Shown here in pieces: positions 12,888 through 27,989 of a stretch of DNA of 64,000 nt (positions are counted from its first letter, which is position 1; each line of letters starts with the position of its first letter). Under the pieces are notes generated by a model. That model was given only the letters and a program-made list of their open reading frames with translations, was not told the origin of the DNA and searched no databases. The stretch lies in assembly GCF_009914755.1 (NCBI RefSeq), contig NC_060947.1; one strand, given 5' to 3'. The position numbers and the translations under genes are program-made. The DNA is from the human T2T-CHM13v2.0 reference genome, Homo sapiens.

Positions 12888-14411
12888 TTTTTAAATTTTT
12901 AAATTAGGCCTCCACACATAAATCATTTTGAAAGTAGAATAGAAAATCTCAAAGAATTCATTCTCCTGGTCCTGTGCATCTTCTGCAGTTAATAAGAGGT
13001 TTGTATCTGGAAAGATGGAAGAACTTGTTCTAAAATCTTATTTTTCAAAAAAAAATTTCCATTTTCTCTCTGGGCCTGTATCCATGGTTGAATGTTAGCC
13101 CTGGAGGAGATCCATGTCTTACTCGCTCTTTCTGGCCCTTCTGTCTTTTGCCTCTGCAATTCTTTTTGTAGCTGGCACGATAGCAGGGACTGGGGGTCTA
13201 TCCTTTCATGGTATTGCTACAATATTTGTCCTTACTGGAAAATGGTAACATCCGGGTCTGATTTAATTGGCATTACACTTACACAGGGACTCTGAGCACC
13301 CCCGTCACCACACCAGACAGTGGACCAGTTTTCACAGCTACAAAGAGCTAGAAATGTGTTTAACATCATCCAGTGCATCCCCTAATTCAAAACCATCCTC
13401 ACTAATCAATCATATTCACCCATAAATATTACAAATGAGATTGATTCCATCTCAAGACAATTTGTCAAATACTTAATTTTCTTCCTGGATGATTCTACTT
13501 ACTGGATATTTTAGAAAGAGAAATGTCTGAGATAAAATCCCTCACATTTACTCAATATAACAAATTACTGTTTCTACTCCTATTCTGAGTAGTGCTTCTG
13601 AAGATTGTTTGCTGTAGTGTTGTCTTTGATAAAATGAATGTCAGTAGTGAGCCTTTTAGAGATACCATGCTCAGACATCCTCTTTGGGATCAGAAGATAC
13701 CTAAAATTCTCCCCTTTTGCCCACTTGGTTAGATGAGTGATATATTCTTTGGATCCTGCAAAGAAGAGATTGGTTTCTTTTCTTTTCTGGTGGTGGTAGT
13801 GGTTGTATCTGTGGCTGTGATGGTTGTTGTTACTTGTCTCTCTCTCTCTCTGGCTCTGGCTTTTGCTTTCCTGCTAGTGTTCTTTCTCTTTCCAAACAAA
13901 TAGTTAAATTAAACGTGAGCTTCTGAATTGTACTTGTTCATACTTTCAAAACATAACAGATTAATAAAAATAGATGTGTCCTGATTTAAAACATGCCCCC
14001 TGGAAAGGCATGCTGTATTATGAAATCGTGATAATATAACTGCATTATTACATGGCAGTATAAATATTAGTCTGTTGAATTCATTTGTCCAATTGTATAA
14101 CTTTGTGGAGCAGTGTTTTGACCTTTGATACATAATTCTGGAGCAAGTGGAGTGGTTGCAGGCAGATGAGACAGTGTTATATCAGGATTTTTCAATCAAC
14201 TTTAGTTGGAGGCCTGGCAATTACAAACATCTTCAGATGTTTCTGTAACCATTATAAATATGAAAAAAACCTCTTCAAAAAATTTCCCATAGTACTTCAG
14301 TCAAGACTTTTTAGGTTTATCTTTTTTTTTTCATTTCTCCTTTTCCTTTTCCATTATTTTTCGATGGGGGGGTTGTTATCATTGACTGAAGAAATATTTT
14401 GATTGCAATGG

Positions 14412-14443
14412 TCTCTCTCTCTCTCCCCCTCTCTCTCTCTCTC
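14412..14443. repeat. (TC)n microsatellite
   Basis: Read directly. Confidence 0.85.
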
Positions 14444-15146
14444 CTCTATTCTTTCCTCCTTCCCTCTGTCCATCACCCCTCATTAAAATATTGAAATCTG
14501 GAGTCTTTGATAAATCTGCATTAGACCAGGCTATATGCTAGGAATGAAATCTGGGCAAATATCGATGGGTTTTCAAAGAATGCTCCATGTTCATTGGGCC
14601 CTTTCACACCCCACAGTGATAAATGAAAAGGATAGAGGTAGTTTTTTCAAAAGAGCACTTTAATAATATCCTCTGAGACCTAATGCAGTTTAACAAATGA
14701 CTCCACCTATTTTTCCAGTAGGTAAATTGACTGAGACTTGCAAAATACCCCTGAGAGTTGTCAGGGGTGTCTTCTGCCTGGTCTATAGCGTGTGTGTTTG
14801 CTTTGTATCTAACAGGCACATTCACGTCTCGTGTACTCATATGAAGTATTTCCTAACATTCCCATTAGCCTGTATATAAGAATCAGAAAGATAATCCCAA
14901 CATGTTGTAAATGAAGATGTGACTCTATAACCTTTCTCTTCTTCCTGGAAAAAAAAGGACATTTTCATGCATATTTTAAACAGAAATTTTGTATATTTAA
15001 GTGTCATAGAAAATATTTATTGAGTAACTGGGACACAAATGGGAATTTAATTGTCATCATATGCTTTGTGTGTGGGGATGCTTACCAACACCATGTCGCT
15101 GGACCATTGTGGCAAGCCATAACTGCACAAAGAGTACACATCGTCA

Positions 15147-15194
15147 GTGTGTGTGTGTGTGTGTGTGTGCGCGCACGCACGTGCGTGTGTGTGT
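15147..15194. repeat. (GT)n-(GC)n alternating purine-pyrimidine tract
   Basis: (GT)11 GCGCGCACGCACGTGCGTGTGTGTGT. Confidence 0.9.
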
Positions 15195-16206
15195 CCCTGC
15201 ATGTGCAACATGTCTAGCTTGCTGTCCTTCATGGGATTTTAGCTTTCCCTTCTTGAAAAACATTATTTTACAGTTCCAGGAGGCCCTGGTTACATTACTA
15301 TATGAAGGCAGTGATTTGAAATGAAAATTCCTTTCCTCTTGGAAGCTTTGGTCATAATATCATGGTTCAATTAAACGGATTCCACCGGACTTTGTGATGA
15401 AAAAGGCTCTGTTAAAATCCAATTGAGTTTCCAAGAGGAAATTGTAGTAGGTCAAGATGCATGAGAGGGAAGATGGAGGCCACCTCAGCTGGAGAACATG
15501 AGCTGAGTTGAGCCCTCAGTGTTGAAGTTGACTTGCTCCAAGCTGCAGTCTAAAACCCTGGGGCCCGTGCCTGGCCTATGCTCCCTCCCAAGTAAGTAGA
15601 GGAGCAGAACCATCAGGAACAGCCTGCCTGGCTCCTATGAAGAAAACTTCCTGACGTCCTGTCCCCAAAGGAAGACCCTTTCCCCAAGGGCACCCCAGGT
15701 GGCCATTAAATTGTGATGATCATTCAGAAAGTGCCCCCTTGGCTTTATGAGAATCCAATTAGTCTTCTGAACCACCTTTTCTTGGGTGCAGATTTCCAAC
15801 ATTCATGCTCATTGCAGATCCACCAACTGTCACTGTTCTTAACAAGCATGCTCGTCTTGTCAGAATTTCAGTAAGTTCCAATTTCCTGTACAGACCAGGG
15901 TAAACTGTTCTAAAATCAATCAATTAATGAAATGTTATCTGGTTTTTAAAAGCTGGTTTCATGTGCTTTATGTGTATAAAACTATATCTGCCTGTGTGGC
16001 TTTGCATTTCAAATGTGTGGCGCACAAGCGTTTTGTTGGTGCTTTGTTCTCAGTACAGTAACTCTGTGTACAAACATTTTAATGTGGTTTTGTTGTTTTC
16101 CAACAAGATGTCTCTGTAAAAATGATATTGGCTGAGCTGGTGCGTTGGTTTCTCTCATAGAGGCATTAACTATACTGCCAATGCATTGAATTATTTAAAA
16201 ATGCAA

Positions 16207-16212
16207 AATAAA
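16207..16212 (+). terminator. Distal poly(A) signal AATAAA, end of the long AFF2 mRNA
   Basis: AATAAA with upstream UGUA motifs (16067, 16115) in a U-rich context. TEs resume about 1 kb downstream. Confidence 0.75.
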
Positions 16213-17344
16213 ATTTTTATGAAAATCTCATTTTAGACATGTAGATCATTCTGCTTAGAGACTTTCCAAGCCATAGTACCTTGTTATCAACTCTTCCACA
16301 TTATAATACATAGCCAGTGCCCCCGCTTACATCAACAGCCATAAAACTGATGGCCATAAAGAAAATAACTCTCACAAAGCCAATTCATTTTATAAGAGAG
16401 ACCCTTGGACCATCATTCAAAGCCCATTTAAGAGAAAATTGTAAAATATTAGTTATCTGGATTCCTAGTACACAGCACAAAAAGCTTGCAAAGTATAAAG
16501 TTATAACTAGTAGATGCTGACAAGAGAGAGAGAATTATAAAACTAGACTGAAAACTTAAAAACACAGCTGGCAATGGCCACTTACTGCAGGGGTATGCAG
16601 CCAGTAGCCCTGGAAGGACAGCACAAGCAATAATTTCGGGTCACAATAATGTCTGAAAGTCATCAGGAAAAGGTTAAGTATACTCTTAACTAACACAAAA
16701 ACTCATGCCATATATGTTAGAACTGTTTCCTTCAAAAAGATTTCTGGACAGTTAAAGGGTAGGTTTCAGGTATCTAGAAATTTCATTTACATGAAATGTA
16801 TTCTCTGGCCATGTAAAGTGAGGAATTGCAATGCTAAGACTACACGGCACAAAACACCTGTCAGTAAATGCAACATTAACAGCTTGGCTAGATTTCCTGT
16901 GAACAAATGAACTACACTTGGCTTGACCAGATATTTTGACTCTGCATAATCATAATCATAATCATAGTCCAAGTGTAAGCACGAATATAGCTAAATGTGA
17001 TTGAAACTGATAGTTGTAATACCGCCACTGTGAATTCCAAATCCTTTCCAAAATGGAAAGGCCACAATATCTGTAAATATGAACATTTTTATTGTGAGAT
17101 GATGGGGAAATATTTGAGCTGAGTAAATAGAGCTAAATGAATTATAAATGTGTTCTCAAGCAACCAAGTTGTTTTCTGCTTCTCTCAAAACAAACAGATA
17201 CCATAAATGATGACCATGCCTGGGTAAAAGTATACACACATGCAGAGAAGAACTTAGAGGAAATATAGAGAATGACATTTTAAAAAATTAGGAGTGCTGG
17301 CATTATGCTAATTGATTAGTTTTTGTGACATTTACAACCAGTAA

Positions 17345-17560
17345 GGCACTACTGGCCAGGCACTGTTTTAGCACTTTCTTATATATTAATGCATGTAATT
17401 CTTGTAAAAGCCCTATGAGATAGGTACTAGTATATCTCTGTTGTATAGATGACAACATGGAGACACAAAGAGGTCTTCAGGAAAGCAACTTTCCTGAAGT
17501 CACACAGCCAGGTGCGTGACCCCAATGTGGCCCCAAAGGCTTTAATCTTAACCACTATCC
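17345..17560 (-). mobile_element. MIR SINE
   Basis: CCAGGCACTGTTTTAGCACTTT...CCCTATGAGATAGGTACT...AAGTCACACAGC. Confidence 0.7.
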
Positions 17561-17870
17561 TCTACTACTTGTTGTTATTATTAATAATGCTACTGATTCT
17601 ATAACATATATTATTTTCATTTTAGAAACAAAAGTAAAGAAGGACCACAGGCCCTCAGGAAGTGATTTCCGCTCAGTCTTTCCAGAGGTCTCTAAAGGAA
17701 AGGCATTGGGCCAATCTTCAGAAACACCTTTTCCTATGAAGACAGACCAGGGCACAGGAGGAGTCAGCAACTCAGAAAAAGTTTGGTGAGGTGGGGCCCC
17801 TTAGTCTTGGAAGTAACAAATAGAAGAAGAGATGGCACCACCTTACCGGCTGTCACTCTGGCTGAGATAA

Positions 17871-18837
<967 letters not shown>

Positions 18838-19664
18838 GATTGGTAGAGTTTTAAAATCAGTTCACTTTAAGACAGGTCCAGCCCCACCCTAACTCCTACC
18901 CCTTGCCTCTGAGGTACAGACACTGGTTCAGAAGGGAAGTAGAACATCCCAGAGGAGTGAGTCCCCTGGGCTTTTGGCAGGATTTTAAATGAGGTTCTCA
19001 CTGCCTGAATTAAGTGAGACACGTAAGAGGAAGAAAGCCCCGCTTTCTTCCTCGTAAAATGAAGTTGGTCATATCCACCTTCTCCCTGCTACCCAGAGAT
19101 GAGCAAGATGTTATCTAGACTGGTGTTTCCCATCCTACATTCTCTCTTGGAAACCCTGAGGTTTTCCAAATAATTTCTTCTGACACACTGTCATTACCAA
19201 GGCCAAGAGACTTAATCCTCTGAGGGTGTAAGAGTAGTGAGGCAACTTCAAGGTTGCCTGTCTAGCAGGGGATATGCCACAAGTGGCACAGTGTATCACA
19301 CAGAGGGCTAGGAATACACTGAGGCTCATGCTTTGGGGAAAGAATATGTTTAGTTTTGTGAGTTTCTCCAGGAAACACATTTTAGCTTAGGTGGGAGATT
19401 TTGTTTCAACCCCTTTTTAAGAAAAGGGAATAAAATTGTAAAAACGTTAGCTGTGATATGAAAGAGAATCTATACAATTTGTTAAGGGAAATTTGGCCAA
19501 TACATTTCAGGTATAGGCATTTGAAATTGACTCATGTTATCAAAGCCCTTTGCAATTATGCAGGTCATGAGCTGGAGGTCTCCTGGGATTGACAGTTACA
19601 CGAACTAGTGTGTGAGTTCAGGAGTTCAGTGAGAGGCAGGAAATGACTTTCAATCCCTGTCTTT

Positions 19665-19845
19665 CTAGCTCTGGGACTCTCCACCTTGAAGAAATACCGG
19701 GGGACTTTTAAAAATGCAAATGTCAGGCTTCCACCTCAGAGATTGATTCCATAGGTGTGTGTCAAAGGTCTCTGATATCTGTATCTTTTAAGGCTCCCTT
19801 TTTGGTTCTTATGTGAAACCAGGATGAAGAACCACAGTTCTAGGC
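19665..19845. mobile_element. MER5A-like hAT MITE
   Basis: TTTTAAAAATGCAAATGTCAGG...CTCAGAGATTGATTC...AGAACCACAGTTCTA. Confidence 0.6.
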
Positions 19846-20329
19846 TTATCAGAGAAAAGGCCCAGTTACCTATTTATCCCACCCACCTTTCTGCGGGAAC
19901 AGGAGATAATGGTGCTTCTAGTGCTCTAGAAAAAACATCCCACAGGAATCCAAGCTCTGAGTATTCTTCTCCAGCGAAGGAATTTCCTTTCATGCTTTTA
20001 TAACTCTCCAGGAATTTTCCAGTTAGCTCAAACCACAATGCACTTGAACATATTCTCATTTCCAAAATAAGATAAGCCCTGCAGCAGGCCATAGATGTAA
20101 GGGGACACTCATGAGGAAGAATGTACCTCTCTGGAAACAATTCTCTTCAGCATGGCTGGACCTGGGCAGAGGATTATGTTGTGGATCTGAGTTTCTCCCA
20201 CAATTCTCAACTCTGAGGACACAGCAGTGAATGACCAGAAAGGATCCAGAAGGAACCTTCTCTCATAGAGGTTCATTTTAAAAGTCCTCCCTACAGTCTT
20301 CCCCTATGTTGTTTACATTTTCATAGCAG

Positions 20330-20800
20330 GCAAGGAATGTTTAGTTCAAAAGCCCTGGGGACAAAATCAAAATTTTACACAACAAATTGTTTTAAATATA
20401 GCCAGAATAAGCAGATTTTTAGCAGTTTAGAGCCTGCTTGTTTTGCATACCTCATGAAACTGTGCCCAACATCTCTTAGGCATAGATCAGGTAACCCAGA
20501 TAAAGACCATGGCTGCTCTTCAGAGCTGTCTGACCCAGAGACTCCCCACTGAGTTGCTGAGTGATATCACTCTTTCCCCTCTCTCTCCCCACTACCAGGT
20601 CCCTAGCTCTCCTCCCCTTCCTAGTGATGGCCTCTGGACCCTAGCATCTGGAAGGTCTGATTCTGTGAAGGACTTTCCCTCACCCCTCCACATGCAAACC
20701 TGTCAGTGTCATCCAAATAAAGCTTGTTGTGTGCTACTGCCACCTCACGGTGGTATCCTTTTCCTTGATCAGCCCCCAAATTTCCGCAAACTCACCACAC
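20330..20800 (+). mobile_element. Old ERV LTR-like element, family uncertain
   Basis: LTR-like layout with AATAAAGCTTGTTGTGTG near the 3' end and a CA terminus. Confidence 0.4.
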
Positions 20801-21889
20801 CAGGAACCAAAAAAGGGCCTTGAAATGTCAACTGACAGGGGGAAGAGGCAAGCTTTATTTGGGTTCTCCTCCTGGAAGCCCCAAAGCATCCTGGCCACCC
20901 CCCTAAACTGACCAAGTCTTGGGCCAAGAATCACTGAATAAGTTCCATGATAGACACCAAACACATCCTAAAGCATTGCCCTCACTGAGAAAGAGCCAGC
21001 TCCTTCAAAGTATGGCCCAAACACCTCCAGTGCCCCGTAGGTGTGCCTTGCTCTGGACTTTAGACCCAGCTCATCTCCCACACTCTGGCACAGAGCACCT
21101 TCAACTTGGCTGAGCTTTAAACCTTACTAATTCTGGGAGCCCATCCCAGAAATTCTGATCTAGTTGACTTGGATACTACTCTCTACCTCCAACCCTCAAC
21201 TTCCGTAAATGGGTAGTTTGTAAGGTTTTCCAAGTAATTCTAATCAGCAGTCAGAACTAAGAATCCACTTTCTAGCCAAAGCTGCTTCATCCGGGGCTGT
21301 ACACCTTACCCCCTACCCCCACCAATGTCTGGCAGTGGTGGACTGGATCCTTGAATATGGCCAAATTTCTGGGCCCATAGCCTATCTTTGGTAGATAATC
21401 AAAGGTCATTCAAAAGCCATTGGACATTTGGGCTTGGGAACTCATATGCAAACCTCGTGGTGTACACTTAGCATCCCAGAATAGTCTTAAAATCCCTGTG
21501 AAATCTGTTATTAATAGAAATAGCCACCGACAAAATAATCATAATCTTTGCTAATTAAACTGTCAAGTGTAAGTTGTAGTCCCTTATGAATTAAGCCATG
21601 CCAGTGCCTTCTCAGATTATAACCCTTAGTTTGGGGCAGAGAGGAGGCCTAGATTTCCATCTAAGCTCTAGGGAGACATGCACTGGTGTCCCATGATTCC
21701 ATCAAGTCTTTGAGTGAAATAAAGGCTCTTTAAGAGAGACAGCATTGTTTAGGGCACATCTGGTTACAAGATGACTGAGAAAAAAGTTTCTTCCGTTTGG
21801 GATTTCAGAGTTATATTTGACTATCCAGTTGAATCCACAGTCTTAATCAGCTCAGAACACAAAACACATCATCTGCAAGGTACAGGCGA

Positions 21890-22445
21890 TGTCTTATGTT
21901 AGCTTCTATTATTGGGTAACAAAGTATCACAAATTTAGTGGCTTAAAACAATGTATGCATTTATGACCTCTCAGTTTCGGTGGGTCAGGAGTCTGGGCAC
22001 AGCTTAACTGGGTCCTCTACTCAGGTTCTCATGAGGGTGCAATCAAGGTATTTGCCAGAGCTGTGATCAGCTGCAGCTCTGGGTCTCCTTTTACACTTCC
22101 TCGGGTTGTTGGCAGAGTTCATTTTTTTTGCAGCCATGAAACTCAGGTTATCTTGCTTCCTCAAGACCAACAGAAGATGGGGCCTGTCCTCTAGACCCTC
22201 TTTCAAAATATCCCCTAATTCAGACCCACCCAGAATAATCTCTGTGTTAATGAACTCAAATTAAACTGATGAGGGTCCTTAATGACTTCTGCAAAATCCC
22301 TTCACCTTTGCCGTATAATGCAACCTAGTCACACAAGTGACATTCATTGTCTTCACAGGTCCTGCCCACACTCAAGGGGGCTTATGCAGGGTGTGCATAC
22401 CAGGGGGCCTGAATCTTATGGGCCCTCTTAGATTTATTTCTACCC
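21890..22445 (-). mobile_element. MaLR LTR (MLT1E/F-like)
   Basis: GTAACAAAGTATCACAAATTTAGTGGCTTAAAACAA...GGGTCAGGAGTCTGGGCACAGCTTAACTGGG. Confidence 0.75.
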
Positions 22446-23927
22446 CATTCCCCTTAGGTGCAAGAAGACTTCTCATCCTGCACAGAAGACTCTTGTGCCT
22501 TCCTATTATCCCTGGAGCAGTGGACCTGGAGCTACTTAAACTATGGCCTTGCCACCAACACCATCCTTTTCTCTGTGCCTTAGTTTCTCCAAGCAGAAAA
22601 TTATTCAAACAACCCTTACTTCTGTGCTGCTTAAGGGAGCGTTATAAATTAATGAATTAATTGTGTTAAGCTCATTAGTCAGATGAAAGGTGCTATAGAA
22701 ATGCAAATTATTGTTATTTTGAAATCTTGTGGCTGTCATCAGAAAATTCGCACTTAGCTATTAGACACTGTGCCTTTGCCATCTATCAGCCCCCAGTTCA
22801 CTAACAATGCTCATATTTTGCTTCAAACCATTAATTTGGAAATAACCACCTTGGTGCTCATGATGTGCTGATGAGGAATTATCTGCCCTGGGAACTTGCC
22901 AACAAGAATTATTTAAAAAAAAAAAAAAAAAGATTTGCATTAGCTGAAGCTCAAAGAGGAGAGCCAATGAGGAAGAAGGAAGAATATATTCCCACTGTTT
23001 GCTTCTCTTACCCTCCAGAGATTGCAGAATGGTTTCTGACATCTCTCACATCCCAGAGAGCCCCAACGTCCTGATGGGTGAGGTGCAGATTGACTCCTTT
23101 TCTTTTGACTATAGCTGCAGCTGCCCTAAGATGACGTAAGGTTTCCTGGCCAGGGGGCTTGCCAAGGACAACTTCCTTTTCTGGTCCCTGCTTTCCAAGC
23201 ACTCCTGGAAGACCTAAGCCCTGCTCCCCACGTAGCATCAGACTCTTGATGGGGCCAAGTTTTATTTCTCTCAGCCTTCATCTATAGTCCCTGCCTACTT
23301 CCACCACTTCCCCTTGAGCTGTGCATATTCTCCTGAGCTTTTTCCTTGCAATCGACCCTGCCCTTGTTGGTCATGGGGGAATCTCTTATCTACAGGCAGA
23401 TCCTTTATCTTTTCAGGAAACCCCTAGCCTGTCTCCAGCCCTAGAGGGTTCTCTTAAATCCATCCTCCTTAGGAGCACTTCCCAAGGTTTACCCCAGCCT
23501 CTGCCTCTCTGTCCTGCTGTAGGAGCCGATGGGTAGAGACAGGATTGAGTGGGTGGGAAGGGAGAGGAAAGCAGGCCTTGACCTAGAAATACCCAAGTCT
23601 GAGGCCTTTCGTTTGTGCTCATCCCTAGCTGGTGCAGTACCTCTCACTCGCTGTACTGACAAAGGGCTGGACCCCAGCTGCTCCACACTCTTGAGGTCGT
23701 CCAGCCCTCCACTAGCTCCAGGAGACTTCCATGTAGCCAGTGGTGTCAGAGCTGTGCAGCTCAGCTGTAATCCTCCCAGGGACAGGCTGACAAGATTTGA
23801 ATGTGCAGAGTTGTAGAAGCCAGCTGGGAATAGATCTGCCATTCTCCTTAGCTCTGAGCTGGAGAAAAGTTCTAACTGCTTGCCATGGAAAAGTCTGAAG
23901 AATTTCTGCCCTTGGGTCAGTTGTGCC

Positions 23928-24638
<711 letters not shown>

Positions 24639-24649
24639 CAGTCATTCCT

Positions 24650-25010
24650 TTATTTGATAAGTAGTCATTATGTGGACAGTATGAGGTTCTGGGACCTCAT
24701 GGGGAAGCAAAACCAGATACTCCCCTACCCTCATGGATCATATGGTCCAAAGGGAGAGAGAGCCATCCAGCAGGTATTTACACAAATAAATGGAAAATTG
24801 CAACTAAGATGAATACTGTGAAGAAAAATTGCCTGCTACTGTAAAAGCCTAGCGCATAATGGGAGGTGGGTGGCAAGTCAAGGAAGGCTTCACTGAGGAG
24901 GTGTCACTTGATCTGAAACCTGAAAACTACGTAAGCCTCAAGTAGACAAGGAAGAGAGGGAAGAGCAGTTCAGGCCGAGGGTGTACTTGGTACAAAGGCC
25001 CTATGCTAGG
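24650..25010 (-). mobile_element. L2 fragment
   Basis: CCCTACCCTCATGGA...GTCAAGGAAGGCTTCACTGAGGAGGTGTCACTTGATCTGAAACCTGAA...CAAAGGCCC. Confidence 0.7.
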
Positions 25011-26279
25011 ACCTGCTGCAGGCCCCCACACAGACTCTTAGATGGCCTTCCAACATGCTGTCACCCTTACAGCCCATGCATGAGTGCCATTAGCCATTGT
25101 CAGCTCTGTGAGGGCATACCCAAAGGACCCTCAATGGAGGATACCCATCACTAAGGGAGGAAGAATTCTGATGAGAAGAAGGCCTGGGAACTAATGCAAG
25201 AACAGACTTGCCCAAATACTGGCTTCAGTTTTCTGCCCTCTGAGTCCATGACATATGCACCAAAGACAGCACAGGTGTCACATGATGGAGTCATGAGAAG
25301 GCTGGCCTTGGCTGGAATAGTCATTCTGCCGCTTTCTGGTCAACTCATCATTTAACCTTTCTGAGTTTCATTTTCTCACCTGTAAAATGGAGACAATAAA
25401 GTGCCTCCCAATTTTAACCCCATATAAAGGGTATATATAGCACAGGAGAAATACTCAGTAACTACTACTATTAACCTACCAATTCTACCCATACTTTACT
25501 CCTCTACATTCACATATGGCATTGGGATTGTTTCTGGAAATGGGGAGTGGTAGACACACTATACCCATAAGATTAACCTTCCCTAGACCCCTTAGCAGAA
25601 TACAGGTGGTAGGGTATGAGAAGGCAAGTCAAGCAGGTTGGGCCCTGTGAGGGGAGGTCGCCTCCAATTAGGCCAAAGGCCAGTGGAATGGGGATTGAGT
25701 AGTCAAGGAGAGGAGGCAGGGCCAAGGGAGCTGCTCCAGACCTGCCTCCAGCCCCAACTGGTCCTGGCCTACCACTTCTGGCCACGTAGCTATATTTCCT
25801 TACTGATTTTCAGGGACTGTAATTTATGGCTTGGCAAACTATGACTTCTTTGTAGTGGAGACATTGTGTTTGTTAGCATAATCATTTCGCAGAAAGAATG
25901 TCAATAAAGGCTGGGGAGTGAAACACAAAACCCCCCACAACCCCAACTGCTAAATAATTTCTGGAATGAGTTGTCAGGAACCTTTTATTTACTGATTTTG
26001 TGCATTTCATTTATTTCTGGCACAGGGCCAACCTTCCTGACAGTTAAGATTTATTGATTTAATTGCCTAGGGTAACCATGCAATAAAATCATCTCAAAGA
26101 TAAATTTTCATGGCACTGTGCAGCATAGAGGTAATTTTTCAAATGCTACGGCTATATTTCTGCAGGTTACAGGTGCAAAATTTGCTTAAAGCTGGGATGT
26201 CTCATTATTGCAGCTCAGGAACATTGGGGACCAGCTCTTTGGTGGAAATTCTATAGAGGAGAGAATGAGACACACAAAG

Positions 26280-26337
26280 AGACAGAGAGAGAGAGGGAAA
26301 GAGGGAGGGACAGGGAAGGGAGAGAGAGAGAGAGAGT
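26280..26337. repeat. GA-rich / (GA)n polypurine tract
   Basis: Read directly. Confidence 0.85.
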
Positions 26338-27989
26338 GAATGAACAAGAGAGCACAGCCCTTTCAGGAAAGAAATGATATTTCCTTAATTGGTTCATATA
26401 TTCAATGCCCATGAGAAAGTGGGGCTTCAGTTTAATTAGGAATGGGCTTGGAGGTTATTTACAGTGTTCTGTGGAATCATTTGTTTCCAGCTGTGCGACA
26501 CTTTGTATGGCATGAGCCTCACAAGGTAGATGATTGCCACTTGTGACATTGCGTTTATTGCTTCTTTAGATCTTTTTATTTACCCTGTTAAAGTGCTCAT
26601 ATGGCTTCGAACAACGGGTAAATGAAAAACTCTGATTAACTCCCAGGTTAATGGTAACATTTCGGGAAGTCAGAAATAGCATAAACTTTTAACAATGTGA
26701 AATCTTTTCTTATCTCTCTTGATTTATTTTACAGTGTTTTTGCTTTGATTGCAGGTTTCAGATGGTGCCATTTAATAGCTTATTAAACTTGCAGCCTAGC
26801 AGGTCTGCTGTTTGGGTAAAATTTTATTTTTGCTCAGGTGTAAACTTTTGGAGCAGATAGGGATTTTTTTTCCCACTTTATTGAATTCCAGTGACCAGGG
26901 TCTGGCTGATTTTCTCAGATGTTCTTTGTGTGATGCAGGACCATGCAGGAACCAGTCTGAAATTGTTGCCCTTGAAATTTCATCCTTGCCCATAGTGGAG
27001 AAGGATGACAACCTGGGATGGGAAGGGGAGCTTCAGGCTTTTCAGATGAATCTGAAAAAGGAGCCAAGAGCTATTAATATATGTTATATTTAAATTGAGC
27101 CCCAGCCTCCTCAATGCTCAGATGGTGAAACTGAAGCCCAGAGATTTAGGAGTACAGCTCCTAAAAGCAGATCTTCTGATGTTCAGGGCAAATAATCTCG
27201 TTTTTCTACTACCTATACTGCCCTGATCACATTACTCACTGCAGTATAGTCCAAGTGCACATTAGCTTGGGAGACATCCCTCTCTTTACTTCAGTTTCTG
27301 TTTATAGATAAAGGGGGTTGGAGTAGATGCTCACTACGTGCTCACCTACCTCTGACTGGCTGTGATTCTACGGACATGTGCATATCTAGCCAGTCTTACT
27401 CCCACCACCTGGCCATTAATACAACTGAACCATTCTCCCCATGAACCATTAGACTTCATGAATTCAATATGCACATGTGCCAATGGCCCAGACTCACATG
27501 ATCCACTGTTTCATGGCTACATATTCTCTTCCAATGGAGTAGGCTTTGCATAGTTCATAGCTTGTGATTTGCAGAACTACAACAAAGTGAAATTAGACTT
27601 TGACTAAAGAGGAAGCGATGGAAATACGAACTAAAATGAAGTGGTGAGCACAGCTGACCGTGCAGACATGTTTCCCTGCTGTAGCCAATGGCTGGGTGGA
27701 AACTAATCTGATGTGGGGGTGTCTGTGGCAATGTTTCTGAGGGTCAGTGCCAGGACTGGTTGCTAGGCACTGGGTCTGTGTGCGTGCATATCCACATAAC
27801 CCACCCAGATGTGGAAAGAGGCCATTCTAACTAGGGTCCTACACAGGAGGGAGTGTGAAGAATGAGAGGCTATGTGAGCATTGAGGGGATCATACCAAAC
27901 CTGGCTCAAGTGTCCTGACTGGCCCCTGCCCAGCAAACTAAGGTTTGGGGTGTTCCATATTTGCATTGCAGCAACAGCCTCATATCTGT

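Larger units (their letters stand above)
6900..16230 (+). other. AFF2: AFF2 3'UTR (~9.3 kb, long isoform)
   Basis: Unique AU/GU-rich sequence from the stop codon to AATAAA at 16207, nearly free of TEs. Consistent with the known very long AFF2 3'UTR. The cleavage site is estimated. Confidence 0.85.
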
